Positions 1-12,448 of a stretch of 64,000 nt of DNA are shown piece after piece (the stretch's first letter is position 1; every line of letters begins with the position of its first letter). A model generated the notes under the pieces. The model was given only the letters and a program-made list of their open reading frames with translations, was not told the origin of the DNA and did not search any database. Source of the stretch: Octopus sinensis (taxonomy: Eukaryota). The position numbers were made by a program, and so were the translations under genes. Where the stretch lies: contig NC_043001.1 of NCBI RefSeq assembly GCF_006345805.1, positions 51,398,001-51,462,000 on the forward strand, written 5' to 3'.

Positions 1-640
1 AGCAGAAAAGAAGAAGCTTGCCAATGTCCAGCGACGTGAGGACCAAAGAACTGAAGTACTTCAGATTGCAAGACAGTGTGTGAGAGAAAATTGTGAAATC
101 ACAGGAAAGAAATGTGCCCATATGGATGATGGTGCACTTGCTTTTAATGATTCAGAAAAGAAAGAGGCATGGAGATGCCATGAAAGATTGCTGAATGTGG
201 AAAATGAATGGGGGGAGGAGAGCGTGCCAAATGTTGATCCAGTAGAGGGACTAGCTATCCGAATAGACAGCATGTGGTAGATAAAGCAATTAAGGGTATG
301 AAGCCAGAAAAAGCCCCCAGCCCATCAGGAGTCACTGATGAGATGCTTAAAACATCTGGTAGTGTGGGCTATGGCCTAGTCACCCATTTTGTAAACCAGA
401 TAGTTCATGATGGAGTCATACCCAATGACTGGCATATCAGCACCATAGTCAACTGCTACAAGGGTAAAAGTGATGCTTTAGATAGAAATAACTACAGGGG
501 TATCAAACTGCTGGATCAGGTGATGAAGGTCACGGAGAGGCTCATAGCCCAACTAATTAGGGAGAGAGTCTGCTTAGATGAGATGCAGTTCCGTTTAGTA
601 CCAGGTAGAAGCACCACTGATCCTGGTACGGCAACAGCAG
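1..640 (+). mobile_element. Older RTE-clade LINE fragment (N-terminal part of RT), with frameshifts
   Basis: ORFs 80..280 and 274..666 are diverged paralogues of the 28709..29962 protein ([21 protein letters not shown]). Confidence 0.85.
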
Positions 641-907
641 GAGAAATACCAATCCATCCTGCTTAACCCTTTGTCCAAGTGTTCAACAAGTAGCTACAAG
701 GTCTTTTCTCACTCCACTTTGAAGAGAGGTTATAGGCCACTAGCCATTAGGGTCTTAAGAAACTCCTTAAAGCTAAGCACTTTATCCACATGAAATCCTG
801 GGTAACTCTATAGACTGGCCATAACTACCTTCATCTAATTATATGTGTGTGCGCGTGTGTGTGTGTGGATGTGTACATTTATGCAATTATGTATATATAT
901 GTACATA

Positions 908-941
<34 letters not shown>

Positions 942-962
942 CATAGATATAAATATTAGATA

Positions 963-1092
963 GGCTTCTTTCAGTTTCCGTCTACCAAATCCACTCACAA
1001 GGCTTTGTTCAGCTCAGTGCTATAGTTGAAGATGCTTGCCCAAGGTGCCCCTCAATCGGTCTGAATCCAGAGCCACGTAATTGGGAAGCTAC
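963..1092 (-). mobile_element. tRNA-head SINE fragment
   Basis: Same tttcagtttccgtctaccaaatccactcacaagg...gcccaaggtgcc segment as at about 5910, 26070 and 40945. Confidence 0.65.
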
Positions 1093-1655
1093 TTACTCAT
1101 ACATATGCATACAGACATACACATCTGTATAAATAAACATGAAATCCTGTCTGTCCGTCCGGGACCCCTGTATCTCAGTTTACATTTCTTCAGCATAGAC
1201 ATATTATACATTTTTGGAATCAGGATAATCCCGAGATTGAAAATTTGCCCTTCATTTGATTCTTGAACATCCAGCATTGGAATCTGGTTTGAAAGCATTT
1301 GGGTTGCTATTTCTAGCAGGTAATGCTTGGCTGATTCATGCCATCTTGGTTGGCATTTGTCAGATGATGTCAGAGATCAAGCAGGAGAAAAAGAACATTT
1401 GCTTCATTAATTTTACATTGAGATAAGAACTTTGGGACAAATTAGCCAACAGTTGGAATTCAACTTGGGACTGGAACAATAGAATGAGTGCATTACGGAA
1501 TTAATTTTCATCCACCCTTAACCTCTGATCAAACACCACCAGGGCATATGGTCATTATAGGTGTATGATAGTCATGCAATTTTGCTCTTTTTACATTTGT
1601 GCTGCAGGCCCAGTTAGCCCTCACTGAAAAGTCTGCATGGAGGGTGGCTTTTAAG

Positions 1656-1691
<36 letters not shown>

Positions 1692-2380
1692 TGTGTATGT
1701 GCATGTGTGTGTGCACGCATGCACACATACGTGCACATATGTGTGTGTGTGTGTGAGTGTGGGTGTGTATGATGGTGCATGGCCTAGTGGTTAGGATGTC
1801 GGCAGGGAAGGTGACTGTGGTATTTGTGATAGCTGAAGTGATCCTGGTCTACTTTACAGGAAAGAACATTTGGATTACCATTTTAAAAAGTGATTCAGAA
1901 TGTAATGCACTATAAATTAACATTCCTGATGATAAGAGGGGCTACATTAGTTTACTGTACAGTTCACTCATAGGGAAGAAATTAACTTATAGGTTAGATA
2001 TTCAAATTCCATGCTGATTTTCATTATTTAACCTACTGCCATCATTTACCTAGATATTGGTTAGAAGTAGATGGCTTTTACCTGTGGTAGAATAAGTTTC
2101 CATCCAAGTCACAATTACAATCTATTAATGTGTTCATCTCTATTCTTTTCTGCTCTAGACTGAAGGCCTGAAATTTTGGGGGAGTGGGGTCAGTCGATTA
2201 GAAATTTGTGAAGCAAATACTGGGTACTGTTGTGGATTTAGTTTTTATACAGGGAAACTAATGTTAGTCAGCATGGCTTAGGGTACGATGTGGTCTGGAA
2301 GTTATTGTTTGAAGCGATCAATGTGGAAACACACTTACGCAAATTGTAAACAAACCCAAAATCGGGGTTCAAAGTTTGGG

Positions 2381-2971
2381 AAATTTGTGAAGCAAATACT
2401 GGGTACTGCGTGGATTTAGTTTTTATACAGGGAAAATAATGTTAGTCAGCATGGCCTAGGGAACGATGTGGTCTGGAATTTATCACTTCCATTCCATAAC
2501 CAGGGCCGTATATTATTTTTTGACCGATTTCTTTAGTTCGGTCAAACTTTACGGTGGATTCCAATATTTCAGTTTATTCCACCTTTATGGTACACCTGTT
2601 GTGCATTAAATTCAACTGATGATCTAGTCATGTGCACAATTCTTCTTTATCAAAATTTTGTTGCATACCCATTTGAATATTAGCTGATGATTCATTTTCT
2701 ATGGTGATGTTTAAACAAAATTTTAATATTTTTACCTTTTGCTCAATTTACCTGGATTTACCTGTAATTAAAGTCACTTCGAGACAAAAGTTATGCAATA
2801 GAATTGATTAAGAACCCTTCCTTTAATTATGTTCCAAATATCACATTAAAATGTTGATGAGTAAAAAAGTTACAGTTATTTAATGAAACAAGCCTAAATT
2901 CATGATTATTTTAGAATTTAATTGAAACTCATGAGGGGTGTATTTTGGTCAGAAATACAGTAACGAAAGGG
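2381..2971 (+). repeat. About 590-bp dispersed repeat (unclassified), with a partial tandem copy at about 2209-2320
   Basis: Reverse complement of 63326..63950 with only scattered substitutions. Confidence 0.85.
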
Positions 2972-2974
2972 TCA

Positions 2975-4105
2975 AATTAACTAGTAGCATCTTCTCTTGA
3001 AAATGGACAAAATTTGGCATTGTGATGTTATCAAGTACCCACAGAAAAATGCTTTAACCTCAAGGACATTCATGCTGACAAGGTTGCTGCATTAGGGGAT
3101 GATGCTCCAACTTTATTAACAGTTCAAAAGTAGGCCGCTATATTGAGGAGGGGAAGGGAGAGTCTTGAAGATTACCCAAAGTCTGGACATCCTGCAACTG
3201 CCACCACCAAAGAAAACTGACTATGCTCACGACACAGTGATAGATGACAAGTAACTGACTAGAAATCAAATAGCCAATGCTATTCGCATATCCAGTGAGA
3301 AAGTTGAGAATATTCTGCACAATGAGCTTGGCATGATGAAGGTTTCTGCTCAGTGGGAGTCATGTCTTCTGACACCTTATCAAAAGTACACCAGGATAAT
3401 CATATCACAGCAAAATCTTTCATTGTTTGAGGCAGATCCAGCTGGTTTCTCCAAAGTTTCCTTAGCCAAGATGAGTGATGGCTTCATCATTTTGAACCAG
3501 AGACAAAGAGACAATCAATGCAGTGGGAACACCCCTCCTCACCAGCTCCAAAGAAGGCCAAGGTTGCTTCATCTGCAGGAAATATGATGGCTTCCTTTTT
3601 TGGGGGATGCAAAAATCATTATGTTTATTGACTATCTTGAAAAGGGCCACACCATCAATGAAGAGTACTATGCCAACTTGCTGAGGCAGTTATGATAGGC
3701 TATCAAGATCAAATGCACAGGGAAACTGACAAAAGTGGTCTTGTTTCATTAGGACCATGCTTGCTTTCAGTAGGTGCTGTGCATGACTGTGGCTTTCAGC
3801 TGGTTGATCACTGTCCCTATTCTTCTGATCTGGCTCCATCTGACTATCATTTGTTCCCTGACATGAAAAAAACACTAGGCTGGGAGCCAGTATCATAGTA
3901 ATGATGATCTCATATCTGCTGTTGATGACTTTTCTGACCAACAGGATAGGATGAAAGCTTCTTCGCCAATAGGATTCGAGCATTGTAACTCTAATGAAAG
4001 AAGTATGTGGACCACCAGAAGGATTATGTTGAAAAATAAACCACATTTTGGTCACAGTTCATGAGGGTATCGTGATCAGCCTATGAACTTTTCAACTAAC
4101 CCTCA
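2975..4105 (+). mobile_element. Degenerate mariner transposon
   Basis: MDKIW-like start at about 3003, SGHPAT, a WE/VxxLL (WVPxxL-like) motif, YSSDLAPSDYHLFP, and a right-TIR-like end at about 4105. Confidence 0.85.
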
Positions 4106-4557
4106 ATGTTGAGAATATGTTTGTCACTGTACATAGTAATATCAGGCAATATTACAATTAGTTGATAGTTAGAAATTATTATTGCTATTGATTACATACA
4201 TTTATGGTGTCTGGGTAGCACCTTGGGCAAATGTTTTTGTATAAATTTTGGTCTGACTAATGCCTGGGAAGTGAAATTGGTACATTGAAACTGTATGAAA
4301 GCTTGTTATTTATGTATGTGTAAAAATGTGCATGTCTATATATGTGTGTATATGCATGTGAGTGTACATCTATTTATAAGTGTGTGCATGTGTATGTCAA
4401 TGCAGGTATGTGAATCACTATTACTCTATGTTTTGTGTGATGTTATTTAGTTGATAGTGGTGTTATGGCTATGTCTCTTATTGACAATCATTTCTTGCAA
4501 GCAATACATTCTGTTATTTGACAGCTTCAATGTATGAATTGACTATCTTGAAAAGTC

Positions 4558-4887
4558 CCACTGTGTGGCACATTTGAGCCAGGCTGACCAAAACTTTGTG
4601 AATGCATTTGGTTCTTTTTTTTTTTACTTAGTTCAGTCATTTGACTGTGGCCATGCTAGAGCACCACCTTTAGTCGAACAAATCGACCCCAGGACATATT
4701 CTTTGTAAGCCTAGTGCTTATTCTATCAGTCTCTTTTTGCCAAACCGCTAAGTTACGGGGACGTAAACACACTAGCATCGCTTGTCAGGTGATGTTGGGG
4801 GACAAACATAGGCACAAACATTTACACACACATACATATATATATATACATATATGCGATGGGCTTCTTTCAGTTTCCATCTACTAA
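4558..4887. repeat. Truncated local duplicate of the SINE composite at 5594-5929
   Basis: Shares diagnostic junction and microsatellite sequence with the 5594-5929 copy. Confidence 0.75.
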
Positions 4888-5062
4888 TAGGAATAAAAAT
4901 GCCTGATATGAAAAATGGGTAAGAGTTGGTAGCAGGAAAGGCATCCAGTCATAGAATTCTACCTTGATAAGCTTCATCCAGCCCGTGCCAACATGAGAAT
5001 AAAAAAAAATAGCTAACTTTAAAGCAATAATGATGGTGTCATGTAGTGTGTTATAAACTTAC

Positions 5063-5187
5063 CAATGTCAACCAGAAAGTTCTCCCATCTGGAGAATACA
5101 TGCCACATAAGATGGGACTAGGAACTTCAGGGATGTACGGTTCCCAGGTATCTTCTACAACCTCTTCTTTAGATTCTTCTTTTTCTT
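5063..5187 (-). CDS. CFAP44: CFAP44 exon, 125 nt ([42 protein letters not shown])
   Basis: ttatttag| acceptor and TTG|gtaagt donor; phase 1 to 0; PSPILCGxYS..FW motif. Confidence 0.9.
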
Positions 5188-6069
5188 CTAAATAAAAGAA
5201 CAGGCAAAGACAAGACAATCACACAAGGCAATGGAAGAGGTGGGAAAGCAAAAATAAACTTCATATACATATTTTAAATCTGTTTAACATTGATGAGATC
5301 ATAATGTTTCTAGACTACTACCATTATCATTAGAGTGTATACCATATTTGACAGCATAAAAGCCACATCTTATGTTCAGCAGTGCATATTTAGGAGAAAA
5401 GCTTTTAGTGCATTAAAAGCTCATAGGAGACTCAACTTTGCATATAAGACTGGGATGATTTTTTTTGAGACATTTTTATAGGTAAAAAAGTGCATCTTAT
5501 ATGTTAGCAAATACAGTGCTTAGAATGTAGGTATAGCCATGGCTGTGTGGTTAAGAAGATCGCTTCCCAACCATATAGTTTCAGGTTCAGTCCCAATGTG
5601 TGGCACATTTGAGCCAGGCTGACCAAAACTTTGTGAATGCATTTGGTTCTTTTTTTCTTTTACTTGTTTCAGTCATTTGACTGTGGCCATGCTAGTGCAC
5701 CACCTTTAGTCAAGCAAATCAACCCCAGGACTTATTCTTTGTAAGCCTAGTACTTATTCTATCGGTCTCCTTTTGCTGAACCACTAAGTTACGGGGACGT
5801 AAACACACTAGCATCGCTTGTCAGGTGATGTTGGGGGACAAACATAGACACAAACATTTACACACACATACATATATATATATACATATATGCAACGGGC
5901 TTCTTTCCGTTTCCATCTACTAAATCCACTTACAAGGCTTTGGTCAGCCTGAGGCTATAGTAGAAAACACTTGCTAAAGGTGCCACATAGTAGGACTGAA
6001 CCAGGAACCATGTGGTTGGTAAGCAAGCTACTTACCACACAGCCACTCCTGACAGAAAATAAAAGCATC

Positions 6070-6129
<60 letters not shown>

Positions 6130-6803
6130 TGTGTATGCCTGTATTTCTCCTTGTCTTGATATCATGGGATAGTAGTAAAAGACTGCCATCATCATCATCA
6201 TTTAACGTCCGTTTTCCATGCTAGCATGGGTTGGACGGTTTGAATGGGGTCTCGGAAGCCAAGAGGCTGTGCCAGGCTCCAGTCTCATCTGGCAGTGTTT
6301 CTACAGCTGGATGCCCTTCCTAACGCCAACCACTCCATGAGTGTGGTGGGTGCTTTTTACATTCCACCGGCACAGGGGACAGAGGAGGCTGGCAAATGGC
6401 CATGATCGGTTGGTGCTTTTTAAGTGTCACCAACACTGATGCCAGTCAGGCAGCGCTGGCATCGGCCACGTTCTGATGGTGCTTTTTACATGCCAATTTC
6501 AAACCACTGTCTTTTACTCTGTGAAACTGTTGGAACACTCTTGTTTTTTTTTCCCAAAATAGAGCCAATAAAGAGTCATACCAGTTTCTTCAGTTTCTGG
6601 ATCCGATTCCTCACCACGGTCTCTACGTCTCTGACGTTCCAGTTCTTCCATTTGGAGACGCTCTTCTTCTAACTTCCTTTCAATTTCCAACTCTTCTTCA
6701 TGCTGCCAAAACAACAAAGATTTCTAATTAGGAAATGGTGGGGGCCATGAGAAATGTTTCTATATTGTGTGTAGGGTTGGTGGACAGAGGCTGAAAGAAG
6801 TCC

Positions 6804-6842
<39 letters not shown>

Positions 6843-9800
6843 GAAAGTTTACGAAAATAAGCGAAAGACAAAGGCAGGTGGTGTACAAACAAACAGATGT
6901 ATTAGTATAGTGCTCAGGAATAGAAAAAGTCTTATACGTTTTGAGCCTATGCTCTTCTACAGAAAGGTACACAGAAAAACAAGGAGAGAAAAAAAATGTG
7001 TGTAGTAGCTAACGATCTATCATATCTATCATATGGCAGGTGGTGTACAAACAAACAGATGTATTAGTATAGTGCTCAGGAATAGAAAAAGTCTTATATA
7101 GAGAGAGAGAGTGAAAGAGAGAGAGTAGTAATCATTATATTGATATAGAATAAGGAGACTTGTTCATCATCAAGATTTACTTCCTCTTATTTTATAATTT
7201 CATACAGCACATTTTTATGGTTGTTACGACCTACATGTGTTTCAACTATGCAAAGTACATACAGGCAGTTGCACATAAAACCAGGCATAATTTTCTGTGC
7301 AGCTTCATTCAGGTTCTGTCCATTAGCTACTGTCTGTACTCTGTGCATGGAAAACATGTAGGTTGTAATAACCATGAAAATATGTTGTATGAAATTGCAA
7401 AATAAAGGAAATAAATTTTGGGAATGAACAAATCTCCATATTCTATATTGTTATAATCATTGCTAATATACACTCCAGATAATATTACCATCTAGAGAAG
7501 CGAACACAGAATTACCCTTCAGAGGGATTTACAGCATGAATGACAACTCATTGTAGTCATAGACATTAAATACTAATCAATGCAGTTAGCCATAACTTGG
7601 AACATAACTGAGAACCACTATGATATCCGTCCAGATTATATATCCCTCCAAACTCACATTAATTGCAACATAGGGCTTGTAAATACTAAGGCCAGCAAGT
7701 TCAGGGGAGTGGTTAAGTCCATTACATCAACCCCAGTGCTCAACTGGTACATACTTTATCAACCTCGAAAGGATGAAAGGTAAAGTCAGCTTCAATGGAA
7801 TTTGAACTCAGAACATAAAGACAGATAAAATGGCACTAAGCATTTTGCCTGGCATGTTAATGATTCTGCCAGCTCACCAGTCTAAAAGCTTCTAAATATT
7901 AAATGAGGCTTCCTTCATTACCTCAGTAACTGAAAAGACAAAGTGAAAAATGCAATATGAAAATAGAACAAACAACCCACTTAAGATGGCAGCAAGTCCA
8001 AATAAGAACTGATACAGATCTGAGAGGATTCTTAAGCCCTGGTGTACAGGGTAATTGGGTTAAATTTGAAAGTTTGCATAGAAGGAAAAGGAAACTCAAT
8101 ATTCGCATCCAAAAATTTTGTAGTTCCATCTAATCCAGGATAACCTTGAAAATATTGTTTGCAAGAAATGGCAAAACAAGTACACGAGGTGGAAAATCAA
8201 TCACATTTTTATAAGAATATATTCTGCTTAAGACGTGTTTCATTGTTGTTTAACTGTAGGTCAACTCTCCTTGAATAGACCTAGAATGAGAGATGTTCCA
8301 GCCATATCCACCTTGTCTTCTGAAGTGTATTTAGGACTTCATTATCTAATGTGTCTGTCTCTTTGTTAAGATGCTATGGTATAATATTCCATAATTAGAA
8401 GTATGCTAGAATTAGTAGTCAAAACATGCCTCACATCATCATCATCTTTATCATCACCGTCATCACTATACATTAACTTTTCTTGCTTGTATGGTTTGAA
8501 CAGGTTTTACTGAGTGTCATAATCAGGCACACACAACAATAGGAAAACCTGGCCTTGATGTGACTGCCATCCAGCATGGATAATATTCATTTTATCACAT
8601 CACTAGCAATAGAGTCAATATCTACAAGGTGTTTGAACTAAATTTTAAAATTTTTATGTCTTTTTTTTTGTTTTCTTTAGAAACACCTTGATGTATTGAT
8701 GAAAAGTCAACAGCCTTCAGTAACAAAAAGATTAAAGTTGTAGTTGAGAAAATATTAGCTGACATGGAAGATTGGAAGCCATCTAAATATTAGAATTGAG
8801 TTGCTTGTATCATGATGATTTGTGCTGGCTATCATCATGAGTACTGCTCTTGCTCTGTGAACACTGTAAAGGCTGTAAAGACATAACATGGACAACTGCA
8901 GGTGTTCTAACTATGTCTGCACACTGGAATTCATGCCCATATCTTTGAACAGGGCCTTAGGCTCAATTTGATCAGATATGTGAAGCTGCCAAAGACTGTG
9001 GTCAATCTTGGCTGGAAAGGATTGCTACTGGAAGGCCAAGTGTGTGGCAACAAAATTCAGCTCCTTGCCATACCTCCAGAAAGAGGCAGAAGTAATTACC
9101 AGAGAATTTCTACAACTTCACCAGCTATAATTTCTAAACTGTTAACCCCCTGATTGTAATCCCATGGATTATTTATGTGTGGAGTGCAGTTGAGAAAGGC
9201 ACCAACAACTCTGCTAATGAAAATAAGGCCAAGATCAAAGAGGTGTTTTATGATCTTCCCAGGGACACAGTGAGGAAAATGTGCACCAGTTTTTAGAACA
9301 ATCTTAAGGCCATCATGGAAGCTGAGGGCATCTACTTTGAGAAACTTTTACCTCCCAGCCATAATTTAATTGATATTTTTTTATTTTTTTAAATGGTTTT
9401 ATTTTCGATGGGATATCGTGTTTTCTTTTCCTTTTATGGAAACTTTCAAATTTAGCCCAAGTACCCTGTACATCAACACTAAAGGTTCCCCCCAGATCTG
9501 TATCAGTATCAGTCTTTATTTAGAGTTGCTGCCATCCTAAATGCGTAGTATGCAATGTAGTTTTCAGAGCTCATGTTTTCATTATAAGTGCCAAATGTTG
9601 CACTTTTGGCTGTACTAATAACTCAAGGCAAAATCCAGAAACAGTCCTGCAATCTGAAGCATAAGCTCTTCTGTTTGTATGTGACATCCAATCTTCTTAT
9701 CTAATATTTTATTGATTTGAATAATCATAATGTCATTTGCTGTTATAGTTCAATTAAATTCATCACTCACCAGTAGGATTGATTTTATACTTTTAAATGT

Positions 9801-10409
9801 GTAAATTCTTGGTTTCAGAGCTTCGAGGAAGTATGTATGTTCAGTATCAAACTCTGCTTCTTGTGGTGTTTCAAACTCTACAACTGAATTCCTTTCACAT
9901 ATTATGAGGATCTTATTCTGAAATAAAGTTAAAAGTGAAGTGATATTATAAAATGACACAATGTGCATTTGGTTCAGTGGCTGAACAACTGCAGCCTATC
10001 AATAACTCAAATCTGGTGGTATTTCTTTTCTAAAGATTTATACAAGAGACTGTTGGAGTTTCATGAAGTGCCTACTGGGTACATATCTTGAACGAATGAA
10101 CCAATGAGTAGGTCTCTACTCAGTTACTCAACTTGCTTCAAAAAGTAACCAAATTCTGCTCAGATCATACCATAGCATCTTAACAAAGAGAAAGACACAT
10201 TAGATAATGAACTCCTAAATAAACCTCAAAAGACAAGATGGATATGGCTGGAACACCTTTCATTATAGGTCTACTCAAGGAGAGCTGACCAACAGTTAAG
10301 CAACAACAAAAGCATATCTTGAGCAGAATACATTTTTATATAAATATAACCTCACGTAATTTGCCATTTTTTGCAAACAATATTTTCAAGGTTAAAATAT
10401 ATATATATA

Positions 10410-10485
<76 letters not shown>

Positions 10486-12416
10486 TTGTGTCTTTATGAT
10501 CAGTCAGTATGATTGACTAAACTCTTTAATGCAGTGTCTGAGATCTGATGCTGTCCATCCACTGAGATTAGCAAAAATATTTCACAACATGCTGAATAAA
10601 ATTAATTCTTTCACACATACCACATTGTTGGGGAACCACAGCAGCTTCTTGGGAAGATGAGGGGATTCAACAAATCCAATAGGTTCGAGTGTAAGGTACT
10701 TAGTGAACTTAGAGAAAAACACAGCACGATCTTCTCCCTACAAATAAAAATACTTAATTTAAAACCAAGGAGTATGGTTTCGATGTACTTTTTGAATGCT
10801 AACATATTTATCCATTCATGCATCCCTCTTTTCCATCTACTATTTCTAGAAGGGTCAGTGGGGTAAGGTTTTCAGTTACCTCCTCCATAGAATTGTATTG
10901 AAAACAACAGTCATTTAACTTGTTGGTTAATAATGTTTATTATTTTGTTTCAAATATTTGCAGAAGGAATGAGAGACAAATTTAATCTAAGAAGGATTTG
11001 AATGCAATAATATTAACCCCAAAATGCTTAAATTAATAATTAATACACAAAAAAATTATATATTGGTCTCTTTCTACTTATTATCTTTGCTTAACTAAGG
11101 AAAGATATTTTTCAGCATGTGATTGGCTGCTCCTGAGGGTCCAGCGACTTCAGAAAATTTTTGAAGATTCCAAGCTTAATATGTAGTGGTAGTAACACAA
11201 TTAGCTTAAGTGAATCTAGTGATATGTATTGAACAGTTTTATTCCCTGGCCTCCATTCATGACATGCTGGCTAATCTTGCTGGCAGTAGTTCTTTTTATG
11301 AGCCCAGTTGTGCCACAGGTACAATATGCAGCAAAATTTCATGCAACCCTTTTGTATTCCATTTCAGCTTGCCACTGGACCAATTGTTACAGCTTTTGCA
11401 AACAATATGTATAAAAAGACATTTATGTTGGTTTCCAAGTTTCATTTTGAAGTAATTCTTGTATCTTGCTTGTATGAGTGGTATGATATTTTTCCTAGAG
11501 TCATTGAATGCTTATTCCCCACAGATATAGAAAAAGTGAACAGGGTCATTGCAACATACATTGTCTTGAAGTCATGCAAATTGAAGTGGAGAAATAAAAA
11601 GCATCAGACCACAGTGAACAAAGTAATTTCAAATTTGATACAGCAAGTCACGATAACATATGAAATGCACTTAAATCAAAGTGTTCTAAAAGTCAGCATG
11701 ATCTAATATGTGTTATATCTACTTTTACTGCTCTCTCATTAAAGCTTGTTACAAAAAGAACAATCAAAGGCATTCTTAAAAGACAAATGGAAACATATGA
11801 TGTAATACATGCGACAATACATTTCTGTAGATTTAGGATATAGGGGGTATTTTGTAGATCAAAATCTAGATGTGATGGAGCAAAATTGATTTCATATTCA
11901 GAAAGGGAGCTAAAATTACCTTACCTTTTACTTAAAATACATTTTTTTTTCATTTTGTCATGCAGTGTTATTAATTAGACACTCAATGAGAAATTAAGAT
12001 GAAAGTGTCTTTAACATTTCGAGCTCAAGCTCTTTCCTAGAAAACTAGACACAGGAAGAAGTGTTAAAGAAAAATAGAAGAAAACAGGAGTAATGGAGAA
12101 GTAGGTGTTGTTGAAATGTCAATAATTTCAGAACAATCTGTAGTTATTTACAATTCCTTACATGCAGTAATGTTGTTCAAACAGTAAGGAAATTTGGAGT
12201 TCATTCAAATCTTTTAATTTTTTGTTTTATTTCCCTCCGATAAAAAAAATTTCAGGTGGAAGCACGGTTGTGCAGTAAAAAGTTTGCTTCCCAGCCATCC
12301 GGTTCTGGGTTTAGTCCCACTGTGTGGCACTGTGTGCAACTACTTTCTCCTGTAACCCAAAGTCCTGTGAGTGATTTTGTTGATTGAAACTAAAAGAACC
12401 CTGTTGTATACATATA

Positions 12417-12448
<32 letters not shown>

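Noticed and set aside
2075-2150. Possible next CFAP44 exon (DGNLFYH before gtaaaa)
   Set aside because: Only a vague likeness to GxDSGxLY, no convincing phase-0 acceptor, and the expected downstream residues are absent.
5530-5600. tRNA-like A/B boxes (also at about 12255, 41040-41090 and 57010)
   Set aside because: They are SINE heads continuing into SINE bodies, with no complete cloverleaf.
11210-11706. Overlapping 61-132-aa ORFs
   Set aside because: No motif, no compatible splice sites and not part of the CFAP44 exon chain.
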